This document shows positions 53,393-60,929 of a DNA stretch of 64,000 nucleotides, one piece after another. The stretch's first letter is position 1; each line of letters opens with the position of its first letter. The notes under the pieces were generated by a model that did no database searches, was not told the DNA's origin, and saw only the letters and a list, made by a program, of their open reading frames with translations. The translations under genes were made by a program, and so were the position numbers. This DNA comes from an uncultured Bacteroidales bacterium (GTDB lineage: Bacteria > Bacteroidota > Bacteroidia > Bacteroidales > Muribaculaceae). The stretch covers positions 31,736-95,735 of the forward strand of contig CACYVC010000001.1 in NCBI GenBank assembly GCA_902777835.1, read 5' to 3'.

Positions 53393-53992
53393 ATGAAAAA
53401 GATTACAATCGCACTTATGTGCATGATTATGGCTACTGGCGCAGCCATGGCTCAAAAACAATTCACTTTTGGCCCTAAGATTGGTGTTGATTACACACAC
53501 TTCTGGGATGCTGATGGAGACTATAGTGGAGTGTTGAACTATCAGGCTGGCTTGTTTATGGAGTACCGCTTTACTGACAGGTTCTCTGTTGCTCCAGAGT
53601 TTGTGTTTGCTGCTCAAGGAGGCAAGTTTAAATGGATTGATTATGGAAATAATGAGATTAGCTCAACCTATCACATGAACTACATTAACATTCCTGTTAT
53701 GCTCAAGTTCTATGTTATTCCACAGTTAAGCATTGACTTTGGCCCTCAACTGGGTGTTAATGTTTACCACAAAGCAACCGATAAGTGGAAACTCCTTGGA
53801 CAAGAATATAAAGAAACTAGTGAATTGAATGGTGTAAAGTCTATTGACTTCGGTGTTGGTCTTGGCTTGACCTACAACATTGCCAAGGACGTGTTTGTTC
53901 AGGGTCGTTACACCATGGGCGTGACTAAGGCGTTTGAGAATGGCAGCGAAAAGAACGGCAACGCTCAAATCGCAATTGGCTACCGTTTCTAA
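53393..53992 (+). CDS. Small outer-membrane beta-barrel (porin-family) protein, copy 2
   Basis: 199 aa. MKKITIALMCMIMATGAAMAQKQFTFGPKIGVDYTHFW...NYINIPVMLKFYV...NGNAQIAIGYRF. Paralog of copy 1. Confidence 0.8.
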   Translation: MKKITIALMCMIMATGAAMAQKQFTFGPKIGVDYTHFWDADGDYSGVLNYQAGLFMEYRFTDRFSVAPEFVFAAQGGKFKWIDYGNNEISSTYHMNYINIPVMLKFYVIPQLSIDFGPQLGVNVYHKATDKWKLLGQEYKETSELNGVKSIDFGVGLGLTYNIAKDVFVQGRYTMGVTKAFENGSEKNGNAQIAIGYRF

Positions 53993-54027
53993 TAAAGCGA
54001 TTTCCGCAAGAATTTAAAAGAACTTGA

Positions 54028-54059
54028 GTGACCTGCAAACCTTTGCAGGTTACTTTTTT
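54028..54059 (+). terminator. Rho-independent terminator after porin copy 2
   Basis: GTGACCTGCA-aacctt-TGCAGGTTAC (1 mismatch) followed by TTTTTTG. Confidence 0.85.
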
Positions 54060-54101
54060 GTGTTTTGTCGTTGAAAATTAGCAAATTATAATAATAAGGT
54101 G

Positions 54102-54109
54102 TAATTTTG
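54102..54109 (+). promoter_or_regulatory. -7 box TAATTTTG for the CBM-like/dockerin gene
   Basis: Exact match, 44 nt upstream of the ATG at 54153. Confidence 0.5.
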
Positions 54110-54152
54110 CGCTGAAATTATAATCATTAACAAATAAATAACATTAACTCTT

Positions 54153-55361
54153 ATGAAGAAAAGTATTACTCTTAGTATTGTTGCATTGCTCGCAATGATT
54201 GGGCTGCAGGCTCAGGCTGCAATGTATCTTGTGGGAGAAGGCTTTAATGGCTGGACTACCACTGGTAACGTTGAGATGACTGATGACGGTGATGGTATGT
54301 ACTCTTGGTCGGGTAATTTAGTTGCTGGCTCGTCGTTCGCATTCTTCCGTGACACTGAGGATTGGGGCTCACAACGTGGTCCTGCTAATGGCGATGGTTC
54401 GGCACCTACCGGCGACTGGGAAGATACCCAGGCGATGGGCGCTTGGACATTGACCGCTTCGGGTGGTTATGTAATTCAGTATAATTACAATACCGACCAG
54501 GCTAAGATTGTCCTCACCGATGAGCCTGTTTTCAACCCCGCTCAGCGTCGCTTTGCTGTGACAGGTGCTGCTTTTGGCGGCTGGAATATGCCACCTGCTG
54601 GCAATCAGATTTTTGCTAATAACGGTGACGGTACCTATACGCTGGAGTTTGAAGGTGCTACAGCTGCCGATTTCAAGCTCTCAAGCATCGACATCAACGA
54701 TGCTGGTTTCAACAGCTGGAGTGTGTTTGACGCAGGTGTAATGGGCGCAAGCAATCTTGCCACTGGCGACAATGAGCTCTCGACATCCTACGGCACTGCC
54801 AACATGCATCTCCCAGTTAGCGGCAACGTCACTCTCACTATCAGCAACGTGACCGAGACTGGCTGCACACTCAACATCACTTTGACTGAGGAGATTATCC
54901 CCGACAAGGCTTATTACTTGATTGGTGCGTTCAACGAGTGGAGCGAGGAGACTATGGTTGCCTTTGAGGAGAACGACGGCGTGTTCACTTTGACTAAGAC
55001 CTTCGGTGGCGAGTTCAAGGTGAAAGACGAGAACGGTAACTGGTTGGGTGGTGGTGTAACACTCACCGAGGAGAATCCCAGCGTTACCTTGGTCGACGGT
55101 GGCAACTTGGTTCTCGTCGAGGAGAAAGAGTACACTCTTACTATCGTGGATGGCGTTCTTACCGTTACTTTCCCATCATCAGTTTATGGTGATGTCAATG
55201 GCGACGGAGTAGTAACGAGTGCTGATATTACAGCTCTTTATAACTTCCTGCTCAACGATGATACAAGCGACCTCGTGAATGGCGATGTAGATAATGATGG
55301 AAACATCACAAGTTCTGACATCACCAGTGTCTATGACGTCTTGCTTGGCAATATGAAATAA
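54153..55361 (+). CDS. Secreted protein with three tandem (Y/F)L(V/I)GxxFNxW-type beta-sandwich (CBM-like) modules and a C-terminal dockerin-type module
   Basis: 402 aa with signal peptide MKKSITLSIVALLAMIGLQAQA. The modules start at MYLVGEGFNGW, FAVTGAAFGGW and AYYLIGAFNEW. The C-terminus is GDVNGDGVVTSADITALYNFLL...GDVDNDGNITSSDITSVYDVLLGNMK. Confidence 0.8.
   Translation: MKKSITLSIVALLAMIGLQAQAAMYLVGEGFNGWTTTGNVEMTDDGDGMYSWSGNLVAGSSFAFFRDTEDWGSQRGPANGDGSAPTGDWEDTQAMGAWTLTASGGYVIQYNYNTDQAKIVLTDEPVFNPAQRRFAVTGAAFGGWNMPPAGNQIFANNGDGTYTLEFEGATAADFKLSSIDINDAGFNSWSVFDAGVMGASNLATGDNELSTSYGTANMHLPVSGNVTLTISNVTETGCTLNITLTEEIIPDKAYYLIGAFNEWSEETMVAFEENDGVFTLTKTFGGEFKVKDENGNWLGGGVTLTEENPSVTLVDGGNLVLVEEKEYTLTIVDGVLTVTFPSSVYGDVNGDGVVTSADITALYNFLLNDDTSDLVNGDVDNDGNITSSDITSVYDVLLGNMK
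54909..55166 (+). other. 86-aa module shared with the T9SS-CTD protein at 58936-59193
   Basis: AYYLIGAFNEWSEETMVAFEENDGVFTLTKTFGGEFKVKDENGNWLGGGVTLTEENPSVTLVDGGNLVLVEEKEYTLTIVDGVLTV. About four-fifths identical by eye to the other copy. Confidence 0.8.
55185..55358 (+). other. Dockerin type I-like duplicated loop-helix module (last 58 aa)
   Basis: Loops DVNGDGVVTSAD and DVDNDGNITSSD, each followed by a helix, at the extreme C-terminus. Confidence 0.7.
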
Positions 55362-55399
55362 GTTGGAGGAGTTGAATAACAACCTTTTTAGGTAAAAAA

Positions 55400-55437
55400 G
55401 ATTAGCGCTCGGGCATTTGGTTGCTCGGGCGCTAATC
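55400..55437. terminator. Hairpin between the convergent dockerin gene and clpB
   Basis: GATTAGCGC-20-nt loop-GCGCTAATC. The loop contains the direct repeat GCTCGGGC twice. Confidence 0.45.
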
Positions 55438-55498
55438 GTTCGGTGAATAGTGTGGTTGCGTTGACTACGCAACTACACTTAGCAGGTCTTGTGATTAT

Positions 55499-58087
55499 TT
55501 AGTTGCGGAACACGATGGTGCCGTTTTGGGCATCAATGGTGATTGGGCGGTCACGGTCCACACGGTGGGCGATGATGTCACGTGAGAGTTGATTCAGAAC
55601 TAAGTTCTGGATGGCTCGTTTCACGGGTCGTGCGCCAAACTCTGGATCATAGCCCGCTTGTGCGAGCAGATCAATAGCGGCAGAGGTGTATTCCAACTCG
55701 ATTCCACTTGTGTGGAGCATCTTCTTCACGCTCTTGAGTTGCAATTCCACGATTTGTGCAATCTGATGCTCGTCGAGAGGCGTAAACATGATAGTCTCGT
55801 CGATTCGGTTCAGGAACTCAGGACGGATAGTCTGCTTGAGCATGGTGAGCACGTCGTTTCGGGTTTTCTCCACCACCTCATCATGGTTGCTGGCGTTGAG
55901 TTTCTCAAAGCGCTCACGAATGAGGCTTGAACCCAAATTGCTTGTCATGATGATGATGGTGTTCTTGAAGTTGACAGTGCGTCCCTTATTGTCGGTGAGT
56001 CGTCCGTCATCAAGCACTTGCAACAGCACATTGAACACGTCGGGATGAGCCTTCTCTATCTCGTCGAAGAGCACCACGCTGTAGGGTTTGCGTCGCACCG
56101 CCTCAGTTAGCTGTCCACCTTCGTCGTAGCCTACATAGCCTGGAGGCGAACCGATGAGCCTAGTCACCGAGAACTTCTCTTGATACTCGCTCATGTCGAT
56201 ACGCGTCATCATGTTCTCGTCGTTGAAGAGGTAGTCGGCGAGAGCCTTGGCAAGCTCGGTCTTGCCTACACCAGTGGTGCCCAGGAAGATGAATGAGCCG
56301 ATGGGTCGGCGGGGGTCGTTAAGGCCAGCACGGCTGCGTCGCACGGCGTCGCTGATGGCTGTGATTGCCTCATCTTGACCTATTACGCGCTTGTGGAGCT
56401 CGTCCTCGAGGTGCAGCAGTTTCTCGCCCTCGCTTTGCAGCATCTTGGTAACGGGAATTCCTGTCCATCTCGAAACCACCTCGGCGATGTCGTCGCTATC
56501 GACTTCCTCTTTGATTAGCGCTGTGTCGCCTTGCATCGAGCGCAATTTCTCTTGAAGTTCGACGTTTTCATCCTGCTTCTGCTTAATGAGTGAGTAGCGG
56601 ATCTCGGCCACGCGGGCGTAGTCGCCGTTGCGCTCAGCGCGCTCGGCGTCGAAGTTGAGCTGCTCAATGTCGATTTTGTTCTGCTGAATCTTGTTTATAA
56701 GCTCCTTCTCGCTCTGCCACTTTGCCTTGTAGTCATGCTCACGGTCACGCAGGTTGGCAAGTTGCTCGTCAAGTTGCTTAATGCGCTGCTCGTCGCCGTC
56801 GCGCTTGATGGCGGCGCGCTCAATCTCTAGTTGTGAGATTTTACGAGTCACTTCGTCTAGCTCCTCGGGTACGCTGTCCATCTCGATGCGCAGTTTTGCT
56901 GCAGCCTCATCTACGAGGTCTATTGCCTTGTCGGGCAAGAAACGGTCGCTTATATAGCGCTGACTTAGCTGCACAGCGGCGATGATGGCATCGTCCTTGA
57001 TACGCACCTTGTGGTGGTTCTCGTAGCGCTCCTTCAGTCCACGCAAGATGGCGATAGCGCTTTCCTCATCAGGTTCATCAACCATGACAATCTGGAAACG
57101 TCGCTCTAGCGCCTTGTCCTTCTCGAAATACTTCTGATACTCGTCGAGGGTGGTTGCGCCTATGCTGCGCAGGTCACCACGTGCAAGGGCGGGTTTGAGG
57201 ATATTTGCGGCATCCATCGCTCCGCTGCTCTTGCCAGCCCCCACGAGGGTGTGAATCTCATCAATAAAGAGGATTATCTCGCCTTGTGCTTGGGTAATTT
57301 CGTTAATGACGGCTTTAAGTCGCTCCTCAAATTCACCTTGATACTTAGCGCCAGCGATTAGTGCGCCCATATCAAGTGAGAACACTTGCTTTTGTTTCAG
57401 GTTCTCGGGCACGTCGCCTCGTACGATACGTTGAGCAAGCCCCTCTACAATAGCGGTTTTGCCGGTTCCTGGCTCGCCGATTAGGATAGGGTTGTTCTTG
57501 GTGCGTCGGCTCAAGATTTGCAGCACACGGCGAATCTCGTCGTCACGGCCGATGACGGGATCTAACTTGCCTTGGCGTGCACGCTCGTTGAGGTTCACGG
57601 CGTACTTGCTCAAAGCGTTATATTGTTCCTCCGACTCTTGGCTGTTGGCTTTCTTGCCTTTGCGCAACTCATCGATGGTTGCTTGCAGCTCTTTTTTGGT
57701 GATACCTGCGTCTTTCAGTATAGTGGATGCAGGTGACTGCACCTCATGCAGAGCCATGAAGAGTGCCTCGATTGTGACATACTGGTCGCCGTTCTTCTGC
57801 GCAATGTCATTAGCTTTGTCGAGCACACGGCTACTGTCGTTGCTCAGATAGGGCTCGCCACCGTTCACCTTGGGCAAGCGTGCGAGTTCGTTTTCCAATG
57901 GTCGCTCAATCATCGACGGTGCAATGTCAAGCTTCTGCAAGATGAACTTCACCACACTCTCGCCCTCGCTCATCACTGCCTTAAGGATGTGCACGGGCTC
58001 TAGAGCCTGGTTGCCGTTGCTGCGCGCGAGCGTGACAGCCCGCTGCAGCGTCTCTTGTGATTTGATGGTAAAATTGTTTAAATTCAT
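55499..58087 (-). CDS. clpB: ATP-dependent chaperone ClpB (Hsp100 disaggregase)
   Basis: 862 aa. Clp_N repeats, NBD1 [15 protein letters not shown], the long middle coiled-coil, and NBD2 [15 protein letters not shown] plus [10 protein letters not shown]. Confidence 0.97.
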   Translation of the reverse strand: MNLNNFTIKSQETLQRAVTLARSNGNQALEPVHILKAVMSEGESVVKFILQKLDIAPSMIERPLENELARLPKVNGGEPYLSNDSSRVLDKANDIAQKNGDQYVTIEALFMALHEVQSPASTILKDAGITKKELQATIDELRKGKKANSQESEEQYNALSKYAVNLNERARQGKLDPVIGRDDEIRRVLQILSRRTKNNPILIGEPGTGKTAIVEGLAQRIVRGDVPENLKQKQVFSLDMGALIAGAKYQGEFEERLKAVINEITQAQGEIILFIDEIHTLVGAGKSSGAMDAANILKPALARGDLRSIGATTLDEYQKYFEKDKALERRFQIVMVDEPDEESAIAILRGLKERYENHHKVRIKDDAIIAAVQLSQRYISDRFLPDKAIDLVDEAAAKLRIEMDSVPEELDEVTRKISQLEIERAAIKRDGDEQRIKQLDEQLANLRDREHDYKAKWQSEKELINKIQQNKIDIEQLNFDAERAERNGDYARVAEIRYSLIKQKQDENVELQEKLRSMQGDTALIKEEVDSDDIAEVVSRWTGIPVTKMLQSEGEKLLHLEDELHKRVIGQDEAITAISDAVRRSRAGLNDPRRPIGSFIFLGTTGVGKTELAKALADYLFNDENMMTRIDMSEYQEKFSVTRLIGSPPGYVGYDEGGQLTEAVRRKPYSVVLFDEIEKAHPDVFNVLLQVLDDGRLTDNKGRTVNFKNTIIIMTSNLGSSLIRERFEKLNASNHDEVVEKTRNDVLTMLKQTIRPEFLNRIDETIMFTPLDEHQIAQIVELQLKSVKKMLHTSGIELEYTSAAIDLLAQAGYDPEFGARPVKRAIQNLVLNQLSRDIIAHRVDRDRPITIDAQNGTIVFRN

Positions 58088-58117
58088 ATCGTTTTTTCTC
58101 CTTTCTGACCTTTAATG

Positions 58118-58133
58118 TGCAAAGGAGGTGCCA
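58118..58133 (-). promoter_or_regulatory. Sigma-54-type -24/-12 element TGGCAC-N5-TTGCA upstream of clpB
   Basis: The reverse complement of 58111-58140 reads CTCTATTGGCACCTCCTTTGCACATTAAA, so GG and GC have canonical spacing. The ATG lies 31 nt downstream of the TTGCA. No TAnnTTTG box is present (the overlapping octamer is CTCCTTTG). Confidence 0.45.
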
Positions 58134-58199
58134 ATAGAGTGAAAAAGTGATAAATGACAGGATGTCAGAGGTTTATTAATGAATTAATGACAAAATGAC

Positions 58200-58233
58200 A
58201 GCACCACTATGACTCATCGGTCACAGTGGTGCT
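58200..58233. promoter_or_regulatory. 14-bp-arm palindrome ~85 nt upstream of the -24 element (candidate activator site or hairpin)
   Basis: AGCACCACTATGAC-tcatcg-GTCACAGTGGTGCT (1 mismatch). Between it and the promoter lie three AAATGACA words and TGACA-gga-TGTCA (58155-58167). Confidence 0.4.
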
Positions 58234-58357
58234 ACATCAATAGTCTAAGGTCAAAATCGATGTGAGTCACAAGCAATCCTTGGGCACTGCGCCATCGTTG
58301 TCCCAGTTGTAATCAGAATAATTCATTTGGTCAGCTACTGCCATGCCAGATAAAAAA

Positions 58358-58384
58358 GATGCACCCCAATTTTGGGATGCATCT
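58358..58384 (-). terminator. Rho-independent terminator after the T9SS-CTD gene
   Basis: The minus strand reads AGATGCATCCCA-aaat-TGGGGTGCATCT followed by TTTTTTATCTGG. Confidence 0.85.
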
Positions 58385-58410
58385 AATTATACTAAATGGC
58401 TTTTAGTTAT

Positions 58411-60264
58411 TTATTTGATAACAACTTTTTTGCCGTTGTGGATGTAGATGCCAGGAACGCTTGGCACGCCATTGAACTTAACACCCATCAGGTTGTAGTA
58501 AGCGTTGTCGGCTTTAACATCGGTAGCAATAGTGCTGATAGCTGTAGGAGTTTCGTTCTTAGTGATAACCATTGCGAGAGGCTCGCTGATGCCCTTTGAT
58601 TCTGGATATGCCATAACGGTGATATCGTAGCTGCCAGCTTCTTCAACCTTGAAGTTTGCGCCATCCACGAGGGCGATGTTGCCTCCGAGGAGTTCGGTGG
58701 TGATAAGGAAGTAGTTGCCCTCGGCTTGGCCGCCAAACCACTTCCAGCCGCCAGCCAGGTTGTGGGTGATGAGCTTGAACTCGGCATCGGCCTCAAGCTC
58801 TACAGTGCCTGCGAACTCGGTGCCTTCCTCATTGATAGTGAGCTCAACAAGGCCTTCGGTCTGGTTCCAGTTGTTGAATGTGCCGCAAACGAAGAAGTCG
58901 TTGTACTCAACCACTTGTGGTGCAGGGAAGCCCGATACGGTGAGAACGCCGTTCTCGATAGTGAGAGTGTATTCGGCCTGCTGGTCAAGATTGAGGTTGC
59001 CTCCGTCAATCAGGGTAACGCTTGGGTTCTCCTCGGTGAGGGTAACGCCGCCGCCCCACCAGTTGCCAGCCTCGTCCTTAACCTTGAACTCGCCACCGAA
59101 GGTGTAGGTCAGAGTGAAGACGCCATCATTCTCCTCAAATGGGATCATAGCCTCTTGGTTCCACTCGTTGAAACCACCAATCAGGTAATAAGCGTGCTGT
59201 GGAGCAGGGGTTGGATAAACAAACTCGCTGTCGTCGATGAGAGTGATGGTAGTGCCAGTGCGCTCGCCGAGCCAGTAGTTAGTGTTGGCATCAAAGCCAG
59301 TCCATCCATCGCCAAATGTGAGCACTTTTTCAGTACCAGTACCAGTTACTGCACCATAGTCGGTGAGGTTAGATAATGCGAAGTTGTTGTCGCCCGAAAC
59401 GTAGAATACGGTTTGGTCGGCAGTCCAAGTGTTGCCTTCCTCAAGATTGATGGTTACTGGAGTGGTTCCAACACCAGCGAAGTTGCCAACTGAAACAACG
59501 TAGGTGGCGTAGTCCTCGGTAGCAATTACTGGCCAGTCATAGATGCGAGTGTTGTAGGTGAAACTCATCATAGCGTTGAGATTGGTCTCTGGAATCATTG
59601 TGCTACCAGGAACATAGATCCAGCCTAAGCGATAGTTGGCATAAGTGCCACTCATGATCTTCATGTAGAAGTGAACGTCGGGGTCCATGATGATGCCTTG
59701 GTCGAGGATGATGCCCATAACGTCGCCAACGTACCAGCCAGCATCATAGGTGTCGTCGCCCTCATAGTACCAAGCTGCTCCAAGAGTGCAATCGCCGTAA
59801 GAGCTGTGAGTGTAAACAACCTGATTCTCATCTACGGTGAAGGTGGTGTAGCCGCTTGTCTCTCCCATAGTAGCGGTAACAGGGAATGGCATGAAACCGG
59901 TGAGACGGATCTGGGTGTCTGAAATCTTGTTAATGCCAAGGAGATCAACATTGTCCTCCTGGTCGTACTGCTCGGCTGACAAGGTGTCGGGCTGAGTGCT
60001 AAAGCCACCAGTATATTGACGATAGGTCCATGCATAGCCGCCCACTAGGTCGTCGGGGGTATTGGTTACTGGAAAGCTTGGAGTAGCTTTGATTTTAGAG
60101 ACAAGGTTTGCCATCATTTTTGCCTGCATGCCAGCAGGAGCTTTTTTCACGTTTTCCATCTTCACTGGAGTGCCCATTTGGGTCTCGTTGGCTGTGAAGA
60201 AGTTTGCTGCTGTCATCGAGAATGCTGCGACAGCTGCGAGAAGTAGTGTTAATGTTTTCTTCAT
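58411..60264 (-). CDS. Secreted protein with CBM-like beta-sandwich modules and a T9SS (Por) C-terminal sorting domain
   Basis: 617 aa with signal peptide MKKTLTLLLAAVAAFSMTAANF and an unrecognised ~340-aa N-terminal region. The modules are AYYLIGGFNEW... and FFVCGTFNNW.... The C-terminus, AYYNLMGVKFNGVPSVPGIYIHNGKKVVIK, is typical of TIGR04183-type CTDs. Confidence 0.8.
   Translation of the reverse strand: MKKTLTLLLAAVAAFSMTAANFFTANETQMGTPVKMENVKKAPAGMQAKMMANLVSKIKATPSFPVTNTPDDLVGGYAWTYRQYTGGFSTQPDTLSAEQYDQEDNVDLLGINKISDTQIRLTGFMPFPVTATMGETSGYTTFTVDENQVVYTHSSYGDCTLGAAWYYEGDDTYDAGWYVGDVMGIILDQGIIMDPDVHFYMKIMSGTYANYRLGWIYVPGSTMIPETNLNAMMSFTYNTRIYDWPVIATEDYATYVVSVGNFAGVGTTPVTINLEEGNTWTADQTVFYVSGDNNFALSNLTDYGAVTGTGTEKVLTFGDGWTGFDANTNYWLGERTGTTITLIDDSEFVYPTPAPQHAYYLIGGFNEWNQEAMIPFEENDGVFTLTYTFGGEFKVKDEAGNWWGGGVTLTEENPSVTLIDGGNLNLDQQAEYTLTIENGVLTVSGFPAPQVVEYNDFFVCGTFNNWNQTEGLVELTINEEGTEFAGTVELEADAEFKLITHNLAGGWKWFGGQAEGNYFLITTELLGGNIALVDGANFKVEEAGSYDITVMAYPESKGISEPLAMVITKNETPTAISTIATDVKADNAYYNLMGVKFNGVPSVPGIYIHNGKKVVIK
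58414..58548 (-). other. T9SS C-terminal sorting domain (core strands)
   Basis: PTAISTIATDVKADNAYYNLMGVKFNGVPSVPGIYIHNGKKVVIK at the extreme C-terminus. Confidence 0.7.
58936..59193 (-). other. 86-aa module shared with the dockerin protein at 54909-55166
   Basis: AYYLIGGFNEWNQEAMIPFEENDGVFTLTYTFGGEFKVKDEAGNWWGGGVTLTEENPSVTLIDGGNLNLDQQAEYTLTIENGVLTV. Confidence 0.8.
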
Positions 60265-60338
60265 AACTTCTGTGTGATTAGTTGGTTAATAAAAAAATGA
60301 AATAGTATGTTGTTTTAATTTTTTAGGTTTTCAAAATA

Positions 60339-60346
60339 CAAAAATA
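60339..60346 (-). promoter_or_regulatory. -7 box TATTTTTG for the T9SS-CTD gene
   Basis: The + strand caaaaata, ~75 nt upstream of the ATG at 60264. Confidence 0.4.
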
Positions 60347-60422
60347 AGCTTTTTTGATTATAAGATATATCGTGATATTGCCGTTTTTTTTTAAAATATT
60401 ACGAATGGGGTGGATATTAAAG

Positions 60423-60458
60423 CAAAACCGCATTTTGACTTGGCAAAATGCGGTTTTG
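60423..60458 (-). terminator. Terminator after the PG0541-like gene
   Basis: CAAAACCGCATTTT-gacttggc-AAAATGCGGTTTTG (14-bp perfect stem). Confidence 0.75.
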
Positions 60459-60488
60459 TCTATAATCTATAAGATGTAAATAGAGCTT

Positions 60489-60782
60489 TTATATCGACTT
60501 CTCGATGTTCCAGACAAAGGCTCTCAAGCCCAATTTAGGTGTTGCGAGATCCATCTCGTGAAGTTTCTCGAGAACAGTATCTACACGCTTGTCTTCAACC
60601 ACAGTGAGAATGCCTTGCACGAGCGATGGCCAGGCGTGGGTGCCGTAGTGCGGGTCGCCTGTTGATGAGCCACGTCCCACAACGTCATTGAAGGCTGTGA
60701 ATCCTCGGCATCCACTCTTGTGAAGCATCTCAACGATTCTCTCGTAATAGGCCTGGTCGAAAGATATAAATATTGCTTTCAT
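60489..60782 (-). CDS. PG0541-family transporter-associated P-II-like protein
   Basis: 97 aa. MKAIFISFDQAYYERIVEMLHKSGCRGFTAF...GRGSSTGDPHYGTHAWPSL...LTVVEDKRVDTVLEKLHEMD...GLRAFVWNIEKS. It lies directly downstream of an RND permease, as is usual for this family. Confidence 0.8.
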   Translation of the reverse strand: MKAIFISFDQAYYERIVEMLHKSGCRGFTAFNDVVGRGSSTGDPHYGTHAWPSLVQGILTVVEDKRVDTVLEKLHEMDLATPKLGLRAFVWNIEKSI

Positions 60783-60929
60783 TTTTTCGTTTATCGTTTT
60801 TCGTTTATCGTTTTTCGTTTTTCGTTTATCGTTTTTCGTTTATCGTTTATCGGGGACCGGGGATAGGAGATGCTCTAATCTTTATCCTTAATCCATAATC
60901 CCTAATCCTTAATCATTAATATTAATCCT
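60783..60929. repeat. 21 phase-locked heptamers filling the RND/PG0541-like spacer
   Basis: From 60783: TTTTTCG TTTATCG TTTTTCG TTTATCG TTTTTCG TTTTTCG TTTATCG TTTTTCG TTTATCG TTTATCG GGGACCG GGGATAG GAGATGC TCTAATC TTTATCC TTAATCC ATAATCC CTAATCC TTAATCA TTAATAT TAATCCT. Confidence 0.9.

Noticed and set aside
58200-58233. Whether the clpB upstream palindrome is a CIRCE/HrcA operator.
   Set aside because: The arms (AGCACCACTATGAC) and the 6-nt spacer do not match TTAGCACTC-N9-GAGTGCTAA. It is kept only as an unassigned palindrome.
60783-60929. The heptamer tracts considered as CRISPR arrays, REP/BIME elements or MITEs.
   Set aside because: The period is 7 nt with no spacers. There are no terminal inverted repeats, no target-site duplications and no cas genes. 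None of these classes fits.
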